DNA of 64,000 nt from Candidatus Eiseniibacteriota bacterium (GTDB taxonomy: Bacteria > Eisenbacteria > RBG-16-71-46), in the NCBI GenBank assembly GCA_963744995.1, contig CAVUWA010000002.1, positions 608,001-672,000 of the forward strand. Direction: 5' to 3'. The translations under genes and the position numbers were made by a program. This document shows, piece after piece, positions 18,934-28,524 of this stretch (position 1 is the stretch's first letter; each line of letters opens with the position of its first letter). The notes beneath the pieces are model-generated. The model ran no database searches and had not been told where the DNA came from. It worked only from the letters and a program-made list of their open reading frames with translations.

Positions 18934-19033
18934 GCCCGGGCGTGGTAACGTCCGCGCCCGCGCCGGAATCCCCGGCCGCCGCGGGCGGATCCGCTGCGCT
19001 GCAGGAGTCGTTCGTTTGGGAGAGGAAGCTGCG

Positions 19034-19417
19034 ATGAGCACTGAGCAGAAACCCGTCATGGGCCGCATCGGATGGATCGATCTCACGGTGGACGACGCCG
19101 CCCGGGTGCGCGACTTCTACGCGCGCGTGACGGGCTGGACGCCCGAGGCCGCGGACATGGGCGACTACAGCGATTTCAGCATGCTCGATGCCGCGGGCGA
19201 CCCGGCGGCCGGCGTGTGCCATGCGCGCGGCGCGAACGCCGACCAGCCGCCGCAGTGGATGATCTACGTCTACGTGGCGGACCTCGATGCGAGCCTCGCC
19301 GCGTGCCGGGCCGCCGGCGGCGAGGTCGTCGCCGGGCCGAAGTCGCACGGCGCCGCGCGGTTCGCGGTGATCCGCGATCCCGCGGGCGCCGTGGCCGGGC
19401 TCTACCAGGCGGGGTGA
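19034..19417 (+). CDS. VOC/glyoxalase family protein
   Basis: GRIGWIDLTV, DFYARVTGW, WMIYVYVADLD, AVIRDPAGA. Confidence 0.9.
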   Translation: MSTEQKPVMGRIGWIDLTVDDAARVRDFYARVTGWTPEAADMGDYSDFSMLDAAGDPAAGVCHARGANADQPPQWMIYVYVADLDASLAACRAAGGEVVAGPKSHGAARFAVIRDPAGAVAGLYQAG

Positions 19418-19424
19418 AAGGGCG

Positions 19425-19955
19425 TCAGCCCTTCAGGTAGTCGCGCCCGAGCCCGTTCAGGTGGTGGCGCTCGTGACCGGCGATGATCCAGATCAGCGCG
19501 CGCGCGGTGCAGCGATAACCGCTGGCGGTGCCCTCGCGCCGCAGCGCGTCGTCGTCGAAGCTCGCGAACATTTCGACGTTGGCCGCGCGCAGGTGACGGT
19601 ACTCGGTGAGCAGGCTCGCGAGCGTGCGCCGGTCGGCGTTCGCCACCTTGACGTAGTCGTCCTGTTCGAAGCCGGGCAGCGGCGTGCGGTCGGCGCGCGC
19701 GATGCGCAGCGCGCGGTAGGCGAATACCCGCTCGCCCTCGATCATGTGGCTCACCACTTCCTTGATGCTCCACTTGCCCGGGGCGTAGCGGTGCAGCGCC
19801 TGCGCGTCGTCGAGCTTGCCGAGCAGGGCTTCCAGCTCGCCGGGGCCCGCCCGCAGCAGGTCGAGCACGTCGCCCTCCGGAAGCTGGGAAATGTACCGGC
19901 CGTAATACTCCGCGTATTCCGAAGGCGCGGGTCGATCGAGTGCCGTCGTGCTCAT
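19425..19955 (-). CDS. DinB/YfiT family protein
   Basis: YAPGKWSIKEVVSH, ERVFAYRAL, GHERHH. Confidence 0.9.
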   Translation of the reverse strand: MSTTALDRPAPSEYAEYYGRYISQLPEGDVLDLLRAGPGELEALLGKLDDAQALHRYAPGKWSIKEVVSHMIEGERVFAYRALRIARADRTPLPGFEQDDYVKVANADRRTLASLLTEYRHLRAANVEMFASFDDDALRREGTASGYRCTARALIWIIAGHERHHLNGLGRDYLKG

Positions 19956-20003
19956 GTCGTTCTCCCTCCGCGCCGGACCGGGTCCGGCGCGTCCGACCGC
20001 GCG

Positions 20004-21260
20004 TCAGCCCTGCGCGGCATCCGTCGCGAAGCGCGCCTCGACGTACTCGTCGAGGATGCGCGTGAAGTCCTCGGCGATGCGCTCGCCCTTGAGCGTGACC
20101 TTGAGCCGGCCGTCCACGTACACGGGCGCGCTCGGACTCTCACCGGTGCCGGGCAGCGAGATGCCGATGTGCGCGTGCTTGCTCTCGCCCGGACCGTTGA
20201 CGACGCAGCCCATGACCGCGACGCGCAGTTCTTCGACGCCCGGATAGAGCGGGCGCCAGTGCGCGATCCGCCGCTGGATGTGGGCCGTGACGTCGGCGGC
20301 GAGCTCCTGAAAGAACACACTGGTCGTGCGCCCGCAGCCCGGGCACGAGGTCACCTGCGGCGTGAAGTGGCGGATGCCGAGGGACTGTAGGATCTGCTGG
20401 CAGACGCGCACCTCTTCGGCACGGTCGCCGCCGGGAGCGGGGGTGAGGCTCGTGCGGATCGTGTCACCGATGCCCTCGTAGAGCAGGATCGAAAGCCCGG
20501 CGGTGGTCGCGACGATACCCTTGGTGCCGATCCCGGCCTCGGTGAGCCCCAGATGCAGCGGATAGTCGCAGCGCGCCGCGAGATCGCGGTAGACGTCCAC
20601 CAGATCGCGCACGTCGCTCACCTTGGCCGAGAGCACGATGCCGTCGTGCGGCTGGCCCGCCGCCTCCGCGAGCGCCGCCGAGCGCAGCGCGCTCTCGCGC
20701 ATCGCCTCGAGCACCACGAGCCGGTCTTCGCGCGGTCCCTCGCGGCGTGCGTTCTCGTCCATCAGCTGCGTCAGCAGGGCGCGATCGAGCGATCCCCAAT
20801 TGACACCGATGCGCACCGGCTTGCCGTGGTCGACCGCGACCTCGATCATCCGGCGGAAGTTGTCGTCGTGCTTCTCGCCGACGCCGACGTTGCCCGGATT
20901 GATGCGGTACTTGTCGAGCGCCGCCGCGCAGTCGGGAAACTCGGTGAGCAGCAGGTGGCCGTTGTAGTGGAAGTCGCCCACCAGCGGCGCGGCGACGCCC
21001 AGGTCGTCGATGCGGCGGCGGATCTCCGGCACGGCGGCCGCGGCCGCGCGGGTGTTCACGGTGATTCGCACCAGTTCCGAGCCGGCCTCGGCGAGCAGGC
21101 GGATCTGGTCGGCGGTGGACGCCGGGTCTTCCGTGTCGGTGTTGGTCATGGACTGCACCGCGACCGGCTGTGCACCACCGATCGTGAGCGAGCCGATGCG
21201 GCACTCCACGCTCCTGCGGGCGCGCGCGAAGGAGTCCTGACCGATCCGGACGAGAGGCAT
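20004..21260 (-). CDS. ispG: (E)-4-hydroxy-3-methylbut-2-enyl diphosphate synthase
   Basis: [49 protein letters not shown]. Confidence 0.96.
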   Translation of the reverse strand: MPLVRIGQDSFARARRSVECRIGSLTIGGAQPVAVQSMTNTDTEDPASTADQIRLLAEAGSELVRITVNTRAAAAAVPEIRRRIDDLGVAAPLVGDFHYNGHLLLTEFPDCAAALDKYRINPGNVGVGEKHDDNFRRMIEVAVDHGKPVRIGVNWGSLDRALLTQLMDENARREGPREDRLVVLEAMRESALRSAALAEAAGQPHDGIVLSAKVSDVRDLVDVYRDLAARCDYPLHLGLTEAGIGTKGIVATTAGLSILLYEGIGDTIRTSLTPAPGGDRAEEVRVCQQILQSLGIRHFTPQVTSCPGCGRTTSVFFQELAADVTAHIQRRIAHWRPLYPGVEELRVAVMGCVVNGPGESKHAHIGISLPGTGESPSAPVYVDGRLKVTLKGERIAEDFTRILDEYVEARFATDAAQG

Positions 21261-21480
21261 GCGGCGAGGATACGCGGGCGCTCGGAATGCGGTCAAAAGC
21301 ACCGCCGGCCGTATGGTCGCGGGCCCGGGCCGAAGCGGATGCGCACGCCGCCGCGCCGGCATCCGGGCGCCCCGCAGACGGTTCGAGCGCGGACGCCACG
21401 CCGCGAACGCGCCCCTCCGCGCCATCCGGCCCGCCCCGGCGCGGTTGCAGCCGCTGCGCGAGCGGGATTAGCGTCCGCGC

Positions 21481-22305
21481 ATGAATCCCTCCGCCCGCTA
21501 CATCCACGGCACGACGGCCGCCGAGCAGGACCGGCTCTCGAAGCTCAACGATCTGCTCAATGCCGAATGCCTGCGCGAGATCGCGCTCACGGGCGGCGAG
21601 CGCATCGTCGACTTCGGCTGCGGGATCGGCCAGCTCACGCGCGCGCTCGCGCGCACCGCCGGGTGCACCGCGGTGGGCATCGAGTTCAATGCCGAGCAGC
21701 TCGAAAAGGGCCGTCGCCAGGCGGAACACGCGGGGGAGAGCCGGTGGGTGGACTTTCGCAGGGGCGACGTCACGCACCCGCCGCTCGCCGACGACGAATG
21801 GGGCACGTTCGACCTCGCGCACGCACGTTTCATCCTCGAGCACGTGCCCGAGCCGCTCACCGTCGTGCGCCAGATGGTGCGTGCCGTGCGCCCGGGCGGA
21901 CGCATCGTGCTGGCCGACGACGACCACGACGTCCTGCGGCTCTGGCCCGAGCCACCCGGCCTCGTCGCGGTGTGGAATGCCTACGTCCGCACCTACGACC
22001 GGCTCGGCAACGATCCCTACGTCGGGCGGCGGCTGGTGTCGCTGCTGCACCTGGCCGGAGCCATGCCGGTGCGTACCGCGCAGATCTACTTCGGCAGCTG
22101 CAGCGGCAACGCGTCGTTCCCGGACTACGTCGGGAACCTGGCGCGCGTGCTCGAAGGCGCTCGCGACGCCATTCTCGAAACGCACGCCGTGGAGATCGGC
22201 GCGTTCGATGACGCCATGGCGGCGTTGCGCGAGTGGGGCGGGCGGCCCGATGCGGCGATCTGGTTCTCGATGCCGCTCGCCGAGGGGGTGAAGGCCGGGG
22301 GCTGA
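21481..22305 (+). CDS. Class I SAM-dependent methyltransferase
   Basis: YIHG N-terminus, VDFGCGIG motif I, RFILEHV, VRPGG. Confidence 0.88.
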   Translation: MNPSARYIHGTTAAEQDRLSKLNDLLNAECLREIALTGGERIVDFGCGIGQLTRALARTAGCTAVGIEFNAEQLEKGRRQAEHAGESRWVDFRRGDVTHPPLADDEWGTFDLAHARFILEHVPEPLTVVRQMVRAVRPGGRIVLADDDHDVLRLWPEPPGLVAVWNAYVRTYDRLGNDPYVGRRLVSLLHLAGAMPVRTAQIYFGSCSGNASFPDYVGNLARVLEGARDAILETHAVEIGAFDDAMAALREWGGRPDAAIWFSMPLAEGVKAGG

Positions 22306-22473
22306 GCGCGCGCGTCGCCCCGCCGGGTCGCGCCGCCGCGCCGCGTCCGCCATCCCGAACGGATCCCGCTCACGCCGGGCGCCGCCGGGTACCCTGCCGG
22401 AAATCCAACTCCAACAGCAGGATCCGCACGCGCTCCTCTCAAGGCCCCGGCCCCGGTGGCCGATGAAGCAGGA

Positions 22474-23475
22474 ATGCCGAACCCCGAAGAACAGGCGCCG
22501 GCCGCGGCGCTGCGCACCGAGCTGCTGGCGATCCGCGACGCCCTCGCGCGCGCGCTCGATCCCGCGACCGGCGACGTCGCGCCGCGCAAGGTCGCGCTGC
22601 TGCGCCAGGCGCTCACCTCGTGCCACCGGATCGCCGTGGCGCTCGAGCTCGAGGTCGAAGACGGCGCGCCGGCGCCGGAGACGGCGAAGGACGCCCGCGA
22701 CTTCATTCTCGCCGGGCGCCAGGCCGCGCGCGTCGGCCACCATCCGGTGTCCATGCTCATGCTGCGTCCGCTCGCGGGCGCGTCGCCGGCGCCGGCGCTC
22801 GAGGTGCTGCTGGACGTCGCGCGGCGGCAGCTACGCGCGGTCGGCGACCTCGCGCGGCTGCTCGAGGGCGAGCACGTCATCGCGATCACGCTCGACAGCG
22901 ACCGGCCAGGCGGGCTCGCGGCGCTGCGCCGCATCGCGCGCGCCGCCGCCGAGCGCGATGTGAACCTGTCCGCGTTCGAGTACTCGCTCACCGAACTCGA
23001 TCACGCCGCACCGGGCGAGGGCATCGTGCGCCGCGTGGGCGAGGGTTTTCGTCCGCTGTCGGCCGATCCCGAACGCACGTCGCCCAGGCGGGTGCTGGCG
23101 CTCGACGACAATCCTTCTGTGCTCGCCGTGATCGTCGAGCAGCTCGAGGGCTGCGGCCTCGAGCTGGAGGTCGAATCCACGACCTCGGGCTACGAGGCCT
23201 GCATCCGCTTCGGTGAGTTCGAGCCGGATCTGGTCGTGCTCGACATCCGCATGCCCGAGATCGACGGCCGCGACGCGCTGTCCACGATGAAGCGCTCGGC
23301 CGGAGGGCGTGACGTGAAGTTCGTCGTCGCCTCGGCGATGCCCGAATTGTTCGAAGACATGCGCCGGCGCGGCTGCGATGCATGTCTGCAGAAGCCGTTC
23401 GACCTGGACGAGCTCACCGAGACCGTGCGGACGCTGCTCGACGGCGGCGCAGCCGCAGCGCCGCGCGCCGCCTGA
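22474..23475 (+). CDS. Response regulator with uncharacterised N-terminal region and C-terminal receiver
   Basis: VLALDDN, DLVVLDIRMPEIDG, QKPF. Start could be GTG 22456. Confidence 0.75.
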   Translation: MPNPEEQAPAAALRTELLAIRDALARALDPATGDVAPRKVALLRQALTSCHRIAVALELEVEDGAPAPETAKDARDFILAGRQAARVGHHPVSMLMLRPLAGASPAPALEVLLDVARRQLRAVGDLARLLEGEHVIAITLDSDRPGGLAALRRIARAAAERDVNLSAFEYSLTELDHAAPGEGIVRRVGEGFRPLSADPERTSPRRVLALDDNPSVLAVIVEQLEGCGLELEVESTTSGYEACIRFGEFEPDLVVLDIRMPEIDGRDALSTMKRSAGGRDVKFVVASAMPELFEDMRRRGCDACLQKPFDLDELTETVRTLLDGGAAAAPRAA

Positions 23476-23593
23476 CGGCGATTGCGTCCGCCCGCCACCC
23501 GGCGAGCTGCCGCGCGGTATCCTCCCCCGAATCGGGCATCCGCGAACGGAATGGCACCCCGCTTCCGTCTGCCGCCCTGCACCACCGCGCGTC

Positions 23594-24508
23594 TCAGCGC
23601 TGCGCGGACACCACCCAGGCGAATCCGGGCAGGCGCACCACGTCGCCGTCGCGATGGGTTTCGGCCGCCCGTACGAGCTTCCCGCGGAACCTGTGCTTCG
23701 CCTCTTCCGAGATCCGCGCCAGCAGCTCGCGCGTGCTGCCCGAGACCTCCATTACCACCTCGGCGTACTGCTCGCCGCTCTGGAACGTGAACGGCGACTG
23801 CACACCCTCCGCGCGCACGTCGCGGAATCCCGCGCGGCGCAGGAGCCGCGTCAGGCGCCGCACGTCGGCGAAGCGCAGCGCGTGCGGCTGCGACTCCGGA
23901 GCCGGCGGCGGCTCCGGGAGGTGCGGGCGCACCGCGTCGGCGACGATCTCGAAGTAGCGGTTGCGCTCGCGCGGGCCCCATACGGTGAACGCCACGCGCC
24001 CGCCGGCCACCAGCCGTCGCCGCAGCTGTACGAGGAGCCCTTCGATGTCTTCGGGAAACATGATGCCGTAGCGCGAGACGGCACGATGAAACCGCTCGTC
24101 GGGATCGAGCCGGGTGACGTCGCCGACCCGGAAGCGCACGTTGGGAACGCCGCGGGCCTTCGCCCTGCGGCGCGCCGCTTCGATCATCGGCCGGCTGAGG
24201 TCGATGCCGAGCACCGTGCCGCGCGGGGCGACGAGCGGGGCCAGCGTCAGCGCCGGATCGCCGAGGCCGCAGCCGAAATCGAGCACGCGCTGCCCCGGCG
24301 CAAGTTCGAGCGCGCGGATCAGGAACGGATCCACCGCGGCCATGGACGACGCGAGCACCGGCTCCCAGCGTTCCCAGTGGCGGCCCGCTTCGGTCCACGT
24401 GTGACGGACGCGGTCCCGCCAGGCGCTGCGGGCGGTCGGCGGTTGCGATCCGGGAGCGGGGGTGCGGCGCGAGGTGGCGGGGGTGGAGCGGGAAGGACGG
24501 GTCTTCAC
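23594..24508 (-). CDS. Class I SAM-dependent methyltransferase (UbiE-like)
   Basis: VLDFGCGLG, GIDLS, SRYGIMF. GTG start overlaps the upstream stop. Confidence 0.85.
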   Translation of the reverse strand: MKTRPSRSTPATSRRTPAPGSQPPTARSAWRDRVRHTWTEAGRHWERWEPVLASSMAAVDPFLIRALELAPGQRVLDFGCGLGDPALTLAPLVAPRGTVLGIDLSRPMIEAARRRAKARGVPNVRFRVGDVTRLDPDERFHRAVSRYGIMFPEDIEGLLVQLRRRLVAGGRVAFTVWGPRERNRYFEIVADAVRPHLPEPPPAPESQPHALRFADVRRLTRLLRRAGFRDVRAEGVQSPFTFQSGEQYAEVVMEVSGSTRELLARISEEAKHRFRGKLVRAAETHRDGDVVRLPGFAWVVSAQR

Positions 24509-25014
24509 GTCAGGGTCTCCATGGGCCAGCGGAATCGTTCCAGCACGGCGGCACGCAGGGCGGCGAGCGTGGCACGCTGCGTATCGTCGGGATGCGGACC
24601 GAATTGTTTCAGACGGGAGAGGAGCACGTAGAGGATGCGCAGCTGGATCAGCGTGTCGAGGTGCGGCAGCAGCCGGGCGTCGATTGGCCGCACGCTGCGG
24701 TAGCCCTCGAAGAGCCACACCCCGCAACGCCCGCGGTCCGACCGGCGCCTGAGCACGGAGAGGGAGACGCCCCACTCCCGCACGAAGTCCGCGTTCCAGT
24801 GGGGAGAGTCCGGCGTCACGGCGATCCCCGGCGCCCGGGTGAGGACGCAGGCCGCGCAGCCGTCTTCGGTCTCGACGCTCCGGTTCGCGCGCGAGCGGAC
24901 CGGGGCGCTGGCGCGCACCGCGTTGCCCGAGGTGCCGAGGTGCTCCAGCGAGCCGGCCTCGGCGCGCCAGCGCGAAACCGCGCGCTCCGCGATGTCGAAC
25001 GGAACGTCGTACAC
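24505..25014 (-). pseudogene. Internally deleted APH/homoserine-kinase-type phosphotransferase remnant
   Basis: Retains segments like SGNAV, APG...WGVSL and FEGYRSVRPI...LR. Only 169 aa, with no HGDxxxxN or DFD motifs. Confidence 0.5.
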
Positions 25015-25022
25015 GTGCGCGA

Positions 25023-25850
25023 TCAGCGCTCCGGCCCCAGCCAGCCGGCGTACAGCGCGGCGCGACGGTCCCGCCTGAACAACCGGCGCGCCGTGGCGCC
25101 TTCGGCAGCGGCGAGATCGACGTCGCAGCAGAGGATCTCTTCCGTGCCGCGGCCCGCACGCGCGAGCACGCGCCCCTCGGGATCGCAGACGAAAGACTCG
25201 CCGGCGAACGTCAGCGCGTCCTCACGGCCGACGCGGTTGCAGAGCGCGGCAAAGTAGCCGTTCTGGAACGCCGCCGTTCGCACCTCGCCTTCGTAGAGTC
25301 CGTCCGGCCACTCGTCCTCGATCCCCGCCTGCGGAATCAACACCAGATCCGCGCCGCCGAGCGCGAGCGCCCGCATGTACTCGGGAAAGTGGCGGTCGTA
25401 GCAGATGGCCACGCCGATCCGTCCGGCGGCGGTCTCGTAGACGGGCGCGCCGCGGTCGCCCGGCGCATACCAGCCGCGTTCGTGGAAGTGCGGGTAGTCG
25501 GTGATGTGCACCATCCGCGTGACCCCGAGCAGGCGGCCGTCGGCATCGATCACCGGTGAGCTGTCGAAGGCGCGATCGCCGTCGCGTTCGTAGAGATTCG
25601 CGACGATCACGAGGCGCAGCCGGCGCGCCGCCCCGGCGAGCGCCGCCGTGGTCGGCCCCGGGACCGGTTCGGCGAGGGCCAGCGTGCCGCCCGATGCCTT
25701 CCGCTGCGGATGAAAGGGCTCGAACCCGAGTTCGGCGAAGCAGGCGAGCCGCGCGCCCTCAGCGGCGGCCCGCTCGAGCGCGGCGAGGCCACGTTGGAGG
25801 TTCGCCGCACGATCGGGGCCGGCCGGCTGCTGAACGAGAGCGAGCTTCAC
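25023..25850 (-). CDS. Carbon-nitrogen hydrolase (nitrilase superfamily, AguB-like)
   Basis: ACFAEL, ICYDRHFPE, NRVGRE, FAGESFVCDP. Confidence 0.88.
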   Translation of the reverse strand: MKLALVQQPAGPDRAANLQRGLAALERAAAEGARLACFAELGFEPFHPQRKASGGTLALAEPVPGPTTAALAGAARRLRLVIVANLYERDGDRAFDSSPVIDADGRLLGVTRMVHITDYPHFHERGWYAPGDRGAPVYETAAGRIGVAICYDRHFPEYMRALALGGADLVLIPQAGIEDEWPDGLYEGEVRTAAFQNGYFAALCNRVGREDALTFAGESFVCDPEGRVLARAGRGTEEILCCDVDLAAAEGATARRLFRRDRRAALYAGWLGPER

Positions 25851-25906
25851 ACGCCCACGTTAGCGCAGCGCCGTCCGCCGCTCCAATCGCGACCGCCGCG
25901 GCGCGC

Positions 25907-26743
25907 TCAGCGCCCGGTCGAGTCCTCCGGCGCCGCCGCGTCCCGTGCCTGCCCGGCGCGCCACTTCTCGACCATCTCGCGTTGCTCGGCGGCTTTCTCG
26001 ACCAGTCGTCTGAGCTCGGCGATCGGCTGCGGATCGTCGTCGACCTGCAGTCGCAGCACCACGTCGTGGTTCAGCCAGATGCCGCCGTTCTTCCTGACGA
26101 TCAGCATCGCGGCGGACTGCATGCCGCGTTTGTCACCGCCGGCCGCCTGTCCGGCTTCGAGCGCGGCGAGCAGGCGGAACGACAGATGGCCGCCCGTCGT
26201 CTCGAATGCGTGCGCCATCGCGTCCACGACCTCGGGGCCGGCGAGAATGTTGCCCTGCGCCGAGCACCAGCGTCCGATGTGATGCCCGGACCAGGCGGGC
26301 GCTTCGGGCCCGGTGTACGTCGACACTTCGCCCTTCGCGTTCATCACCGAGAACTGCCGCCCCGCCTTCGGCCAGTCCTTCGGGTCGGGATCGGGATCCT
26401 CGGCCAGGATGCGCTGCACGACCTCGGCGGGGGAGAGACCCTGTTCGAGCAGGGCGAGCGCTTTCGGACCGTAGCTGACGTCCACGACCGCCTGGGTCGC
26501 GACGACGCCGACGTCGGCCTTGCCCCAGATCACGCCGTTGCCGACCGAGAACACGCGCGACTGCACGGCGACCCCGACCGCGCCGGTGGCGGAGTCGTAG
26601 CCGACGATCGAGAACGTGGCGATGACCGGCGGTCCGCCGTGTGGCATGTCGCCCTCCGCGGGAAGGGTGAGGGTTCCGGCGAGCAGTATGGGAGCCGAGA
26701 TCAACGCGGCCTGCGCGAACAGGTGCAGGCGCCGGTCAGACAT
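25907..26743 (-). CDS. DUF1028 (Ntn-hydrolase-like) exported protein
   Basis: TFSIVGYD...GVAVQS, VATQA, QGNIL, GGDKRGMQSAA, LQVDD. Confidence 0.88.
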   Translation of the reverse strand: MSDRRLHLFAQAALISAPILLAGTLTLPAEGDMPHGGPPVIATFSIVGYDSATGAVGVAVQSRVFSVGNGVIWGKADVGVVATQAVVDVSYGPKALALLEQGLSPAEVVQRILAEDPDPDPKDWPKAGRQFSVMNAKGEVSTYTGPEAPAWSGHHIGRWCSAQGNILAGPEVVDAMAHAFETTGGHLSFRLLAALEAGQAAGGDKRGMQSAAMLIVRKNGGIWLNHDVVLRLQVDDDPQPIAELRRLVEKAAEQREMVEKWRAGQARDAAAPEDSTGR

Positions 26744-27545
26744 GGAGCAGGCTCGCGAACTGCCGCTGGTAGCGCTCGGTCACCGGATGCTCGAGGCCGA
26801 GCAGCACGAACAGCGACTTGCCCGCTTCGCGGGCGGCGCCGTCTGCGTAGCGCCGGTCGGCGTTCATGACCTCGAGCAGGTCGCGCATCGCCTCTTCCCA
26901 GTCGCCGGCCAGCACCGCTTTCCCGGCACCGAGCAGCGGCGCGCGCGCAGGCGATTCCGGCAGGTCGGCGGCGGTGAGCGAGGCGAGCCGCGCGAGCACG
27001 CGGATCGCCTCCGCCCGGCGCGGGTCCTCGAGGCGGTCCTCGATGACCCCCGCCATGCGCGCCGCCGCGGCCGGGTCGCGGTGGAGCAGCGCTTCGGCCA
27101 CCAGGGTCTGCGCGTCGATGTCGTCCGGCGCCTCCGCGAGCACGCCCGACGCCAGCGCCTCGGCGGCGGCGTAGTCGCCGGCCGCGAGCTTCGCGCGGCC
27201 CGCCGCGACCGCCTTCGCGTGCGGCGAGGGCAGCGCCCGATCAAGCCAGCGCCGCACCTGCGCCTCGGGCAGCGCCCCCATGAACTCGTCCGCGACCTCG
27301 CCGTTCACGAACAGCTTGACCGACGGGATGCTCATGATGCCGTAGGCGGCGGCGACGTCCTGATGCGCCTCGGTGTCGAGCTTGGCGAGCGTCCAGCGGC
27401 CGCCGGCCTCGCCGGCCAGCTTCTCGAGCACGGGTCCGAGCATGCGACACGGGCCGCACCACTCCGCCCAGAAGTCGACGAGCACCGGCACGGCGCGGCT
27501 CTTCTCGATGACTTCGCGCTGGAAGTCGTTCACATCGAAGCTCAT
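26736..27545 (-). CDS. cnoX: Thioredoxin-TPR co-chaperone (CnoX/YbbN family)
   Basis: VDFWAEWCGPC followed by a helical C-terminal region ending YQRQFASLL. Confidence 0.8.
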   Translation of the reverse strand: MSFDVNDFQREVIEKSRAVPVLVDFWAEWCGPCRMLGPVLEKLAGEAGGRWTLAKLDTEAHQDVAAAYGIMSIPSVKLFVNGEVADEFMGALPEAQVRRWLDRALPSPHAKAVAAGRAKLAAGDYAAAEALASGVLAEAPDDIDAQTLVAEALLHRDPAAAARMAGVIEDRLEDPRRAEAIRVLARLASLTAADLPESPARAPLLGAGKAVLAGDWEEAMRDLLEVMNADRRYADGAAREAGKSLFVLLGLEHPVTERYQRQFASLLHV

Positions 27546-27675
27546 GGAGCGGAGTGTATCAGGGTCCGTGGTCGCGCGTGACGGATCGGATGCGCCGGAA
27601 GTCGACCCGTTCGAGGTTCGCTTTCGCGTGAGACCGCGGGGCCCGCGTACTAGGATCCCGAAGGAGGTCGCACGC

Positions 27676-28503
27676 ATGATCCGCCGCCATCCTCTGGCCG
27701 CGTACTTCACCGGCGCCTGCCTGCTGTCGTGGACGCTGTGGGCGCCGCTGTGGCTGCCGCAGCTCGGCGTGGCGGCGCCCGCGCCGCTGCCGTTCCAGCA
27801 CCCGCTCGGCGCCGCCGGGCCGATCGTCGCGGCGTTCGTGATTGCCGGCCTCACCGAGGGAGGCGCCGGAGTGTCCCGCCTGCTGCGCGGCATGGCCGCG
27901 TGGCGCGGACGGACGGTATGGCTGCTGGTCGCTGCGCTCGGGCCGCTCGCGGTGCTGGTGCTGGCGGTCGCAATCGCGCGCCTCGCCGGCCGGGGCGAAG
28001 CGTCCTTCGCGGGCTTCGGCGTCTCGAGGGAGTTCCCAGGGGTCTCCGCGATCGGTTTCTTCCTCTACAACGTGTTCACGTTCGGTTTCGGCGAGGAGAC
28101 CGGCTGGCGCGGCTACGCGCTGCCGCAGCTGCAGCGGCGCCACGGCGCGTTCGCGGCGACCCTGCTGCTCACGCTCGGCTGGGCGATCTGGCACGCGCCG
28201 CTGTTCCTGTACCGGCCGGGCTACGCGGGCATGGGCCCGGCGGGGATCGCGGGCTGGCTGCTGAGCCTCTTCACGGGCGCGCTGCTGCTCACCTGGATCT
28301 TCAACGGCAGCCGCGGCAGCATCCTCGCCGTCGCGCTGTTCCACGCCTCGGTAGACGTCGTGTTCATGTCCGACATCGCATCGCCGTTCGTCGTGAACAC
28401 GGCAGGCACGATCGTGAGCGTGCTCGGCATCGCCGTGCTGGTGCTCACCGGGCCGCGGACGCTGTCGTGGGGCCGCAAGGTGGTGGCGGGCGGCGCCGGG
28501 TAG
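27676..28503 (+). CDS. CPBP (CAAX/Abi) intramembrane metalloprotease
   Basis: AAGGAGG RBS. GEETGWRG, WHAP, FHASVD. Confidence 0.88.
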   Translation: MIRRHPLAAYFTGACLLSWTLWAPLWLPQLGVAAPAPLPFQHPLGAAGPIVAAFVIAGLTEGGAGVSRLLRGMAAWRGRTVWLLVAALGPLAVLVLAVAIARLAGRGEASFAGFGVSREFPGVSAIGFFLYNVFTFGFGEETGWRGYALPQLQRRHGAFAATLLLTLGWAIWHAPLFLYRPGYAGMGPAGIAGWLLSLFTGALLLTWIFNGSRGSILAVALFHASVDVVFMSDIASPFVVNTAGTIVSVLGIAVLVLTGPRTLSWGRKVVAGGAG

Positions 28504-28524
28504 CGCCGCCCTTCGCGCCGTCTG

